DNA of 64,000 bases from Vitrella brassicaformis CCMP3155 (lineage: Eukaryota > Protista > Chromerida). Below the pieces are notes generated by a model that ran no database searches, was not told where the DNA came from, and saw only the letters and a program-made list of their open reading frames with translations. The stretch is from NCBI GenBank assembly GCA_001179505.1, contig CDMY01000635.1:186001-250000 (forward strand). Direction: 5' to 3'. Shown piece after piece: positions 36,691 through 49,709 of the stretch; the first letter of the stretch is position 1; the number at the start of each line of letters is the position of its first letter. Both the position numbers and the translations under genes were made by a program.

Positions 36691-39600
36691 CGCCTCGAGA
36701 ATGCCTGCTGGAGACTCCTGGCCATGAAACAGAGACGGAAAGAGAAAGAGTAACTGAGCAGACACCAAACCACCCAGCGATTCACACACACACATCCATC
36801 CATCCATTCGTGTGTTGTCCGTGTGTGTGTGTGGTCAGGTGTGCCGAGACCGACTCCCCCCACACGTGCAGTGAGCACATCAGCATCCCCGTCACCGAGG
36901 AGGACCGAGCCCTGCTGTTTGAGGAGGCCATCCGCGCACTTATGACGGACAACCAAGACACCGTACTCAAGGCACAGGCGGCCAACAAGGAACACTTCGA
37001 CGTACGCGAAGAGGCCGACAAACGACACGAGGTGAGTGAGTGAGTTTTGTGCGCAGGCAGGCAGGCAGACAGACAGGCAGACACACACGAGAGAGTGAGA
37101 GGGATGTGCGTGTACGTCTGTCTGTCTGCCATGCTCGTGGTGTGTCTTTTTTTCAGCGTGAGATGTCCCGGATCCCTCCCGGGCTGGAGAGGGTCGGCAA
37201 GAACACCAAGTTGCTCGAGTTCTCCGATTACGGTCGGTTGGTGCTCACACACACACACTGACGTCAGTCGTGCATCCGCATCCGTCCATCCATGCATCCC
37301 TTCATTCATTCATTCCATGTATCGGCGGTTGGGTTGGATGGGATGTCACTCAGGTACGGGTGACTACCGCATTCCGAGTTTCAACGTGACGTATGGCGAC
37401 GGGAGCAACATCTCGCCCCTGCACTACAAGGCACACCGCATCACCCTGGGGGTGGTGCCCATGGACTGCAGCATGCCCATCGTCGGGGACGAACTTTCTG
37501 TACAGGTACGTAGCTAGGTAGGTCGGGTGGGGTGGCCATTTGCCCGACCATTGATTGGCGTGTGTGGGCTGGGCTAGAGTGATGCGAGCGCGTTGATCGT
37601 GACGCTGGCCGACCCCTTCACCGACCTGGAGGTCGATCTCCACTACGCCGTCTTTCAAGTGAGAAAGGACAAAGCCAGAAGACAACCATCATGCTACCTG
37701 CTTACGTCACGCCACGCAGGATCTGGACGTGATAGTGCGGCGCACGGTCATCCGCAACAAGTCGCCCGCGGGTGGCGTCACCGTTCAGAAAATCGCCTCG
37801 GCAACGGTTGATTTCGAGTCAGACCACTACCACTTCCTGCACCTCCCAGGAGAATACACAGCCGAGCGGTCAGCCACCCAAGCCAAACACAACACAACAC
37901 TCCCTCCCTTCCTTGTCAAAATCGACCCCACTCCCCCACTCATCCCAATCCCATCCATCTATCTGTGCAGGCAAGTGGTGTATCAGCCGATTGTCGAGGG
38001 CTACCGTGGTGTGGACAGCCGTCGGGGCACGTCCAGCCACCAGCACAACCCTTTCGCCGTGATATCCCGCGGCGACACGCCGCCCGAGGAGTCGCGGGGC
38101 GAGGTCTTTGGGTTCGCCCTCGTGTACAGCGGCAACCACCGTATCGAGATAGAGAAGACCGAGACGGGGAGGGTGCGATTCAACATCGGCATCAACCCGG
38201 ACCACTTCTCATGGTCTCTGGCGTCGGGGTGCTCTCTGGAGGCCCCCGAGTGCATCATGGCTTACTCAAACGAAGGTGGGTCTGTGAGGCAATCGATACA
38301 TAGATGGCGTGGTATGGTATGCTGTGTGTGGTGTGGTGTTGTGTAGGTCTGACGTACATGAGTCAGCAGCTGCACAAGTTGATCCGGAGCCACGTGATCC
38401 CTCAGGAGTTCAGGGGCAACTGGGTCTGCCCCATACTCCTCAACACATGGTACGTGACGCGCTCGCACGGTACACCACACCCAGCTGGTGTGCAGTGCAT
38501 GACACGACAGTGCGTGATCTGATCTACCTACGTATATCTGATCTGTCTGTGTGCGGTGCGCGGATGTGTTTAGGGAGGCGCTGTACTTCGACCAGACGCA
38601 CGACAACATCATGAGCATCGCCAAGGAGGCCAAAGAGTGAGTGAGCCGACACACACGAACGCCCCCATACACACACAGACAAACAGACGGCCAGGTATCC
38701 ATCACCATCTGTGTGTCTGCCGGTCATGGCATGCCACGCCAGTATTGGTGTGGAGCTGCTGGTGATGGATGACGGCTGGTACGGCCAGCGCAACAACGAC
38801 AAGACCTCACTCGGCGACTGGGACGTCGACCTCAAAAAACTCCCAAACGGTCCGCGCGAACACACACCTCTCCCCTCTCCCCTCTCCCCNNNNNNNNNNN
38901 NNNNNNNNNNNNNNNNNNNNNNNNNNNNNNNNNNNNNNNNNNNNNNNNNNNNNNNNNNNNNNNNNNNNNNNNNNNNNNNNNNNNNNNNNNNNNNNNNNNN
39001 NNNNNNNNNNNNNNNNNNNNNNNNNNNNNNNNNNNNNNNNNNNNNNNNNNNNNNNNNNNNNNNNNNNNNNNNNNNNNNNNNNNNNNNNNNNNNNNNNNNN
39101 NNNNNNNNNNNNNNNNNNNNNNNNNNNNNNNNNNNNNNNNNNNNNNNNNNNNNNNNNNNNNNNNNNNNNNNNNNNNNNNNNNNNNNNNNTCCCCCCCCCC
39201 CCCCCCTACACACACATCAGTTTGTCGCTGCACCATAGATGCACACACACGTACGTGGCATGGCAGGTCTGAAGGCGTTGGTGGACGAGGTGAACGGATT
39301 GGGTCTCAAGTTCGGCATCTGGGTGGAGCCCGAGATGATATCGGTGGAGAGCAAGCTCTACGAGGCCAACCCGGAGTGGGCACTGGGGCAGTCCGGCAAG
39401 TCGAGGTCAGAGGGCAGGAACCAACTCGTCCTCGACTTCACACGAAAAGACGTACGTACGTGAGTACTGTGTGTGATCGAAAGACAGGTACCTGTCTGTG
39501 TGTGGTGACTGACTGACTGTTGTGCAGGTGCGCGATTACATCTACGGCAAGTTGGAGGCGATATTAAACAGCGCCAACATCGAGTACGTCAAGTGGGACT

Positions 39601-39727
39601 GCAACAGGCACCTCACCGAAGTCTACTCCAGACAACTGCCACCTTACAGACAGGTGAGGTGGATCTCACACTCAGACACATACATGCATGAGCACTGTCT
39701 ATCTCTCTCTCTCTGTGTGTGTGTGTG

Positions 39728-39761
<34 letters not shown>

Positions 39762-41439
39762 CGTGTGTGCAGGGTGAGGTGTTCCACCGCTATGCGTTGG
39801 GTGTGTATGAGGTGTTCCAACGGGTCCGCACCAACTTCCCACACATCATCGTCGAGACATGTGCCGGCGGAGGGGGACGATTCGACGTTGCCATGCTCAA
39901 ATACGGGCCACAGGTAGTGTTGTATTATTATATAATGACGATACACACACACACACACACAGGCACTCACATCACAAAGACGATTCAACACACCTGGTGT
40001 GTGTGATGTGATTGGGTGTGTGTGCGTCAGATATGGGCGAGCGACAACACCGACGGCCTTGCGCGGATCCGCATCCAGTACGGCACGAGTATGGCCTACC
40101 CCATCTCATCCATCGGCTCTCACATCTCCTCGGTCCCTAACCACCAGGTAGGCCAGATCCACACACACACACACACACACCAAACAAGAGTACATGGCCA
40201 GCCAGTGCGGTGCAGTGCATGCGTGTTTGTTCAATCGTGTGTGTGTTGATTTGATGTGTATGATATGCACCGATCGGTCGATCGGTCGGTCGGTCGGTCA
40301 GACGTTCCGTCGGACCCCACTCAAGACGCGGTTCGTGGTGGCCCTGTGCGGCACCTTTGGCTATGAACTCGACCTCACCAAGGAGGTCACACCCAAAGAG
40401 GTGAGCGCGCAGACAAGGGCATCGCATCTATGTGTGTTGTCTGATATGTGGTGTGGTGTGGTGTCTGGTGTCTGATGCGTGTGTGTGCAGAAGGAGCAGC
40501 TCAAGGCGATGAATCGGCTGAGGACCAGGCTGGCGCCCATCATCTTCCACGGAGGTACGTGCCTCACCTTAGCTCACGTCACATCAGCCAGCCACCCACC
40601 AGCTGTCCATCTGCCGCACTGTGTTTCGTCTTGTGGTCGCACAGACTTTTATCGGCTGTGGAATCCTTTCTGCTCGACCAACAACGTGGCGGCGTGGATG
40701 TTTGTCAGCCCCAACCGCCTCAAGGCCCTCGTCTTCGCATTCGTCACATTCAAGAAGACACTCGGCAGATACCTCCCACGGCTGCGGGTGAGCGAGCCAC
40801 CCACACCCACACCCACACCCACACCCACAACACACAGACGGCTCTGTTTCTGTCGTTCTGCTGTGCAGCTGCGTGGGCTAGATCCGCATCAGAAATACGT
40901 CGTGAGTGAGCTCGTGCCCACCACAATCAGGTAAACTCAGTGCGTGTCTCTCGCACGTGTGCGTGCCATTCCATTCTGCCTTTCATCCATGCAGGCGCAT
41001 CACGTCGGTGCAGTTTGCCGAGGACCAGGATCGGCCGGTCTACCAGTTCGGAAAGAAGACACTCGAAATCAGCGGACTCGTAAGCACCACCTGGACACAC
41101 ACCACAAGCACCACAAGCACCGCCGCCCCCACCACACACGCCGCTGTCTTGCCATCCACCGTCTGGCACGTTCAGGCGCTGCTCAATGTTGGTTTGCCGA
41201 TCAAGCTGGAGTTTGACGGCGACGCCATGCTGATGGAGCTCACCGCCATGAGCGCACACACCACCACATGCGCCATGACGCCGTCCGCCTCATTCGTGGA
41301 CCCGAAAGCACACCCCGAGAGCCCCCTGTCTCTATCCCCCATACAGCCCCCGACCCACCAGCACGAGATGGCGATGACGATGCTGGAGCCGCCGCCGGAT
41401 GAGGTCCCACGAAGCATCTCGCACAGACGGATCATATGA
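35712..41439 (+). CDS. Glycoside hydrolase family 36 alpha-galactosidase (melibiase) with inserted module and no signal peptide
   Basis: [86 protein letters not shown] (nucleophile), [19 protein letters not shown] (acid/base), FGYELDL. Confidence 0.95.
38890..39189. other. Assembly gap (300 N) inside a GH36 intron
   Basis: N run between a GT donor after KLPNG and the next exon; flanked by C-rich tracts. Confidence 0.95.
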
Positions 41440-42802
41440 TGGACGGATGGATGGATGGATGTGTTTATTGGGCTGGTTGGTTGGTTGATGGGGTGGATGG
41501 CTGTAAGGTGTGTTGGGCAGAGCAGGGTTACGGGAGGGGGGAGGGGAACTCGATGCGTGGCGGGTGGGTGTCTGCCCGTGTGTCTGTCTGAGTCGATCTG
41601 TGTGGAGGCTTGCAGAGAGGTTTGTTTGTCTGGCGTCAGCCATAAGTAGGAATCGAATCTTCACGAGTGTGTATTCAAGTATAAGTGCCTTCCGTCCTGC
41701 TTTCCTTCCTTTGTCTGTGTCGATACTTTCAGCGACTCACTCAGCCCCACCTGTCTGTCTGTCTGTCTGTCTGCTTTTCCACATACATATATGCGTTGTT
41801 TCCTTTTGAGTTGTAGAGAGGTTTCCTTCTGCATACACAACTTCCTGCCTGCCTGCCTGCCTGCCTGCGTATGACTATCTGTGTGTGCATGCACCTTCCT
41901 TCACCCATTCATCTAGTATTGCTCGATCCCAGCTTGTCTTGTCTTGTCTGTCTTGTCCTGTTGTCTTGAATATCGTCACTCACCACGTGCACGCGGCCGC
42001 CTGCCTTTTCCATTCAGGCGCAGCGGCACATAATGCTCATGAATGAGAGAGCCAACGCATCGAGAGAGAGGGGTGGTCCTTCGTACCGACCTATACACAC
42101 ACACGTGAGTGAGTGAGTGAGTGAGTGAGTGAAGGCATGCAATGCAATGCTGCCCCGTCCGTTCATCCACCCACCCACATCCCTCCACCAGACATACACC
42201 CACCCCCTGGTGTACCGATTTTCCTGACGGCCGGTATGTGGGTGCACTCACACACACACACAGAGTCTTGTTGTCTGGATGTCGCCGTGCGTGTGTGCGT
42301 CTGCGTGTTTGTGTGTGCCGTGCAGTGCCAACAATGACGTGAGAGTGAGCAGAGAGGGGGGGTTTACGTCTGCATGCATATGTGTGAGGGGTGGGTGCAT
42401 TGCGCAAAGCGACCTGAACCAATTGTGCCTGCCCGTATATTGACAAATAACTTACTCATTGTTCACGTAACTAACGAGTTTGTCTGTCTGTCTGTCTATC
42501 TGTGCCAAGAGAAGCGAACATCTATCTAATGAATGCAACCGATCCGACATACACGATCGACGACCGCATACATACACACATACACACATTCACACATACA
42601 CACAACGCAAAACACATATCGACGATCCGTAACACATACGTACACAGACACAGACACAGGCAGCAGAAAGCCAATTGACCAGCCTGTGCGGTCTCACTCT
42701 GTCGTTTTTCCACTCGTCCGTCGTGTACCGACAAACAGTCGACAACAAGCAGCCGCTCAGGACATCAGTCAGTCAGTGAGTGAGTGAGCCAATCAGCGTG
42801 TG

Positions 42803-44166
42803 AAATGATCATGTCGTGCAATCGTGACAGCAACAGCGACATGACCTACTCGTCCACCAGCCGCCTCGACCAGGTGGGCACGGCACTGCACACGAGAGAC
42901 AGACACACCCATTGCATTGCGCCATGCCTCGATTGTGTTGCACTGCGTCACTGTGCAGAGTTGGGTTGTGTACGTCTACTGCAACGATGTCGAGCCTCGT
43001 CATTTGTTTGCGTTTGTCAATGACCTCAAGCGCTTCGCCACGAACGTCAAGAGGTCCCGCACACACACACACTGGGAGGGAGGGGAGAAAGAGAGAGAGG
43101 CAGACAGCTGATGTGTGTATCTCTGATTGTGTGTCAGTTTCGAGAGTGAGTCGGATTGTGTCTCCGCGTTGTCCAGCGCAGCCTCCTCGTCTGTGCTATT
43201 CGTCCTATCGGCCGCACACGCCAAGCGCGTAAACCATGCAGCAGAAAGACAGACAGATACACAATTGAACCCTCCCTCCCTCCCTCTCTGTGCGTGTGTG
43301 CGTGTGTGTCAGGGTGGTCTGTGCATGACCGGCGTGAGTCTGAAGGAGTTGACATCCATCGCCGGCGTGTGTCTGTACTCGAAGCAGAAGGCCGAGCGGT
43401 GGTGCAAGTTCTGCATGAAGCACTACCTCATCAAGTTCCTCTCGTCTTCCTTCGTTGAAGTCCGCCGCGCAATCTGCTGGGTGGGTGGGTGAGGCAGTCA
43501 GTCACTGAGACGGAGGGAGAGAGGGACGGAGAGACGTGTGTGTGTCCATCTAACCAATGTGTGTGTGTGTGTGTGTGTTTAAAAGGTCATGGCTGGGGGG
43601 AGTTTGGACTACATTGGCTACAACAAGCCGCTGGATGAGCTGCCGGACGCCATCGATGCACACAAGGCATCCATCACACAATTAAAGAGGAATGCAATGC
43701 ATTCACAAACCAGGAAGCGTTGTGTGTGTGCGTGTGTATGTGTGTGTGTGTGCGTGTTGATATATCAGCAGCGTGGCGGCGGCTTCGTGTGCATCCAAAC
43801 ACCGCTCGTCCGCGTCACTCCAGCCACCAACAACGCACACACCACTCGTACGTCACTCATGCATCACATCACAACACACACCCACCAGACCAGACAGCTC
43901 ATGTGTCGTGTGTTTTACCCGTGTCAACAGGTGTGCGTGATGGCCACTACGACCAGAACGAGACGGTACGGTGAGCCATCCATCCATCTACGCGTCCCTC
44001 ATCAATGGCTGGACTCTGGATGGATGATTGATTGATGCTGCGTTGCACGGGTATTGCAGCCTCCGGCCGAGTGCAAGACCAAACCGTACGTCATCCCACA
44101 GCTCAGATGAGTGAAGCAGACAGTATGTGTCAAATCCACTCGAGCGACACACACGAGCCGAGCTGA
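42803..44166 (+). CDS. Hypothetical spliced protein
   Basis: Exon-like blocks SWVVYVYCNDVEPRHLFAFVNDLKRFATNVK, FESESDCVSALSSAASSSVLFVLS, YSKQKAERWCKF, bounded by GT/AG. Start and last exons uncertain. Confidence 0.45.
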
Positions 44167-44388
44167 GTGTACTGAACATGATCGGATGAGAAAACGAACC
44201 AACAGAACGAATGCATGACTCGCAAGCAAAGGAATCAATCGCAAAATGTATACATACGTCTCTGAATAAACGTATGTGTACAAATGCCAGTTCAAAGTAT
44301 GCGCCTCAACATTTAGTTGGTCTACGCGTCTAGACAGCGCGTCAGCATGCACACATCACACATAAACATCACTGTCTGGCAGTCCTGG

Positions 44389-46472
44389 TCATTTTGCGTC
44401 ATCAAAGAAGAAGTTCCGATAGAAGTACAGCCCCTGGACAGTATCGTCCCGCACCAGGTGCCCCCTCGCCTCCCCTGCCTGCAGCTGCAGCAACGCCAAA
44501 GACACCGAGCACTTGAGGGCCGCAGCCACTTGAGACGCAGACATGCCGCCGTTTCTTCCCGCCGTCCGCTCGATGAGCGCCACCAGTGTGGCCGCCATCC
44601 GGTCGTCGTCCATGTCGGCCGAGTGAACCGCCAGCACACGACCGTTGGCGAACCGACGCAGCCGGAGACCCTGTGAGGGGTCGTCACACGCCTGCATGGC
44701 CAAACACAACACAGAGAGAGAAAGACATGGAAGTGTCGACAGTTCCTGTGGTCCGTGTGTCGCGCCAACCCACCATTTGCATAGCGGTGAGAAGCTCCTC
44801 CGGCGATATCAACTCTGACCGACAGAGAGAGTGACGTGATGGTGCCAACATGATGTCCGTCGTTTTGTTGTATGTACCTACCTGTGCCTTTCCATCGATT
44901 GAAGAGGCAGAAGAGGTCATGCAGCAGCAGCATCCCGTTGCCCCCGGAGATGCCCCCGTTCTGAGCCGCCGCCACTGCCGCATCATCACCCTCCGCGTCG
45001 CTCATCGGCTGGTCGGTGGTCGACGCCTCGGGAGCCGAAGAATTGGTCACCGACTTGGCCAGCACTCGTTGCACAAAGGCACCTGCACACATCCACATCA
45101 AATACACAACGACTGTTTGCCTCGTCTGCTCGGTAATCTGCCTACCCAAATCGTGTGCAAGGTGCTGATAATAGTCGTCGCCAGAAGCGCTTCTGGAAGC
45201 CTTCTGGCTGCAGAAACACAGCGACATCACCCACAGTGTGGTTGTCGCTCTCTACCTCTCCCCCCCACTCGACCTACAGCAGTGTCGCGTCGGCAAGGCC
45301 GTAGTCGACCATCAGCTGAGACAACTCATCCCTGACGCGCAGGCAAATCGATCGCGTGTGGAGGAATCTGATGTCTGTGTGCCCCTCCCTCGTCAGTGAA
45401 CTCACTTTTCGGCTTGTTCGGCTCCCCCAGCTGCGTTGCCGCTGCTGTAGGACCGCGACAAGTGACGAGCCATCTCGGCCTGACAATGGATCAACAAACA
45501 CGGCGAATGAATGGATGTTCGGCACACATGCATTGGCAGCTGCAGGATACCATTTGGTTGGCGTTTTGTCTGAGGGCCTGGAGGTCGTTCAACGCCTCGC
45601 GGACTGTCTCCTGCACAGCCATAGCAACGCAATACACAGGGCACACATCCAATCCACCCATCCATCCGTGCAGCTCTCTGCTCTGGCTCACCTCCTGTTG
45701 CTGCATCCTGCCCTCTTGCCTCCTCAACACACGGCCTGAAGCAGACAGACCAACGACACCCGTCCTGTCGCTGGCAGGCAGCTTCTCTTCTGCGTGTGCA
45801 TGCACGTATGTGTACTGAGTCCGCCGACGTTCGATTGCAACTGGTATCCATGGACCTGCAATACATCCCAATCGGTGCCAACACAAACCGGTCCATCGAT
45901 ACATCCATCCATCCATTCTCTTGTTGTGTTCACTCACCTTCCACACAGCCTGCTGCAGGGCAGCCGTCACATGGCTGTGCAGAGCATCCAGCTCTGAGCG
46001 GTCCCCACACACCACAGGCAGACCCCACACACCACAGGCAGAGATGCACCATTGCAGCGATGAAGCAACCGCGGTTGCTCACCCGACTCTGCGGTGCGGA
46101 GAGATATCGGTGGGGCGTCTGTTGGTGTGCTGGGCTGTAAGACCACCTTCCGGCCATGAAACCAAGAGCTCTGCACAGATACAGGCAGACAAACCAACCA
46201 ACCAACACAAAAGCTTGCCGCGATGGGTGCCATCCATCCTTTCGGCTTACCTTGATCTCAGTGTCCCTGATTCGGTCGAGTCGAATGCATCTCCATGCCG
46301 AGCTGCCCTCCTCCTCCCACAGCAGCCGATGGCTGGTGAGGCGCCCGTTCTTGCCCTGGGTGTAGTCGCCGCCGTGGCCCACCTTCCACGATAGAGGGCT
46401 GATCTTGGAGACCTCTTCCTCCCCCAGAAAGGGCGTCGGCCGCCCGTGGTCTGTCGCCACTTCATCATTCAT
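44389..46472 (-). CDS. VPS36: ESCRT-II subunit VPS36/EAP45
   Basis: GLUE-like N-terminus (GRLTSHRLLW), ALNDLQALRQNANQM, YYQHLAHDL, LHDLFCLFNR...ELISPEEL and C-terminal GHLVRDDTVQGLYFYRNFF. Confidence 0.88.
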
Positions 46473-46783
46473 TTGCTTTCCTCACTTTTTTCTCGGCTCG
46501 GAGGCGATCGGCATGCTGTGCTGGCAGATGCAGAAAAGCGGAGGCTTTAGCGACTTGTAGAGATCTGCCGACGAGTGGTTTGGCTCATTGTACTCATCGC
46601 ATCAGCCCGCGACGCCCTCATGTCGGACACCCTGCATGCCATGGAGATGATGACGCCGGCGTCCCAGGAAGGTGCGTGAGAGGACAGGCAAAACACACAC
46701 ACCACTGCCCGCTCCGATGGAGATCTCCTTGCGGCGAATGTGCTGTGCTTTGTCAGGTGAGGTGTAGAGGCCGGGAAAGAGGG

Positions 46784-49467
46784 ATGGCAGATGGTCAAGA
46801 GGGAAATCAGGTACGCAATGCGACACATGGGACGCGGGCATGCACATATCGCCGTACATTCACCTCGGCATGGTTTGCGTCATGTTTGGTGCAGCGGGCC
46901 GTCAGTCTTCCTGGTCTTCCTCTCGATGGCCTATGCAAGGTGTGCGACAACTTGCTTACCGACGAAACAATCGCACTCGGAAGTCTCTGCCCCTCCCTTC
47001 ACAAGTCGACCAAGGACCCCGCCCTCTACAAGCGGCTGACCGTCACCCCCCGGACACACAAGAAGTGGCGCAACGCGCGCCGGCCCGTGCTGAGAGAGCT
47101 GCGCGTGCGGCTCAGCTCGCTGCAGAGGGCCAGCATCACGACGGACGAGGAGGTGGGCAGGCAGGGGCCGCACCAGTGGCCCGACAGCATGGAGGGGGAC
47201 AGCGATGCGTCAGAGGACGAGGCACTTCGTGAGCTGGGGAGGTGTGAGGCCCAATGGTTTCGCTGCGAGGGTGAGCACCTCAAAGCCGTCGGCAACCGGG
47301 CCAAATACGCCAAATTGATTGAGGTGAGATGGGCGGGATGGCAAGGAAAGACATTCCAGAGTGAATGGATGATAGAATTTTCCTCTGTGCGTGTGCAGGC
47401 GTCGAAAAAGACGATAGAGGAGGTGGATCTGTTGGAGGAGACGGCCGCTACGGTCTTCACACACGCCGATTCTTCGAAGCATCCGCCGAAGCTGATGGTA
47501 GGCGACGTGCAGGTCTGCTTGGCACACACTTATGTGTGTACATGCATCCACAGGACCCACCTCGCCACGAGTATCCCAAGCTGCGGAGCGTGTCGCTCAA
47601 GGGACCACTGTGGGCAGGTGTAGCCTACTGTCGCAAGTGGAGGTGAGGGGGACAACACAGAGTGTGGTGCACTTGGGTGCACGCCGGTCATTTGCCCTCT
47701 GTTTGCAGGTTGCCGGCCCTCGAGACCTTCACTGTCGGATGCCTGGATAATCTCTACAGCCTGGAGTGTCTGAGGGACGACGAGTTCATTCGCGCCTGGC
47801 TCCGCGCCACCACTGACCTCACCCACCTCCAGATGTACATCGATGCAGACGGTGACATGGCGGCGCTCGACGCCTGCCCCTCACTTGCGAGGCTGGTGTC
47901 ACTCGGTGTCGTAAAGTTCGGAGATCCCGTCAGAAGCAGCAAGCTGGTCAGCGTGCTGCGGGCCAAGGGGGCGGTCGGTGGCGAGGACGGCGTGCGGGGC
48001 CGCATCGCGAGAGTGGCCATCAAGTTCCCTGAATGGTGCGACCTGGGCTCGTATGATGAGTTCATCAACAAGGCACTGCCGCGCCTGTGGAGATTTGTGC
48101 GCGAGGTTGCTGGAGAGGGCATTTGTGCAGAGTCCACCGTCGTGACCACGATGCCCGATGGGCCACCCCTTCCCCTTCCCCTCCCCCACCCAGTCCCCGC
48201 CCCCACAGCCAGCGACGCGTCAGACGATGACGCCGAACACGACAACGGCACCCAGGACCTCATTCCCTCGCCACACCCACCGGCCAAGAGACCCAGAGCC
48301 GGACGACACAACAGAGGCCCCCCTGCGCCTCCCAAGCGGCCTGCGCGGGCCGGGGCTCTTCACCGATTCAACTTGCGCATCGAGCAGGAGCTCTTCACCG
48401 ACGAGCTGCTGCGCATCAAGGCCGGTGATGCGCTATCCGTCCGGTACGTGCATGAGAGGGCGCGGAGAGCCAAGGATGTCCTCATCTCCGCCTGGTCCAC
48501 TGCCGATGTGCGGCCGACGTTTGGTGATGTGGTGTTTGAGGAGGCGCCGAAGGTCACGCTGCAGCCCTGGGATGAGGGCGACCCGCCCAGCGCCGACCAG
48601 CCATCATTCCTCTTCCCCATCATGCCTGCGCATGCCCCTTCCAGCGGTCCCAGCAGCAGCACCAGCAGCAGCAGCAGCATGGATGGGGCAGCTGTCGCGA
48701 GAAGGCGCTTCCCCAAGTGCCACAAGCTCCGCATAGAGCATCCGACGAAAGCGATGATCGACGATGGAGGACTGACCCCGATCCTGACCAACGTGAGCGG
48801 CCAGATCAGGCAGCTGTTCGTCGAGCAGAAGGACTCCATGTTTGTCGGTGACGGGATAGCAGCGGTAGCACCGGAGGAGCTGGTCGACACCCTCCTGGAG
48901 TGCCATCGCCTCCTCGGTGCGCCAACAGCTCATCTGGAGGCCTTCAACTACTACTACGATACGCGTGGCAGCCTCAGGATCCCCTCCCAGCTGTGCGATT
49001 CAGCCCCCTATCTGCTGTTCACCGACCGCCGCCTGGCCTGCCGGCTCATCCCCAGCCGGCACTTGCTGCTAGCCGCGCCCCGCTGCGTGCACTCAGTGCA
49101 CGGGGACGTGCAGACAGACTTCATCGTCGCCGTCGTGCAGAACACGCCAGGTAGGTGGGTTTCAGTCAGTCCAACCCGCGTCCTTCTGCCGGACATGATG
49201 GATCTCCCTGCTGTATGTGTGTCAGGTCTGCGCCGCCTGACGCTGAGGGAGACGCCGGTGCGGGACGAAGACCGCAGCCCCGAGCAGATCGATTTCTGCA
49301 GGCCTGTAGCCACATATAGTGACGACGAGGGCGAGAAGAAGGAGCTCTTCACACGCCTGCCATACCCAGCTTATCTGGCAACGTCTGCTGTGGACGCGGC
49401 ACTGGAGGTGGCTGGCTTGCCCTTCGTGGTAGTCAGGAGTAGCCCCACGCAGCTGGAGATAGCGTAG
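46784..49467 (+). CDS. F-box-like protein with LRR-like repeats
   Basis: LPGLPLDGLCKVCDNLLTDETIALGSLCPSLH is an F-box-like motif, followed by LxxLxxL segments (YPKLRSVSL, LPALETFTV, LTHLQM). Start codon uncertain. Confidence 0.6.
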
Positions 49468-49709
49468 GGCAGCCACACCTGTCGCAGATAGGCAGGTCGA
49501 CGGTAGATCATGGTAGACTGACTGATGCCATGCCGGCAGATTCGCTCGTGCAGATGAGTGGATCTTTGTGAGTAGTGAGTTGTGTCTGCTTTCATCGACA
49601 CTGGCTTATTGTAATTGCCTTGTCAATAGCTGCAACAAAAGATCTGCATGCATGCATCCCCTCCTTCAATGGGGGCGGCCCCCCGTGGCGTCTTGAAGTT
49701 GGTCTCGCG

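Noticed and set aside
41640-42780. Possible small minus-strand gene (ORF 41976-42446)
   Set aside because: Microsatellite-dominated, with no convincing exon chain or motif.
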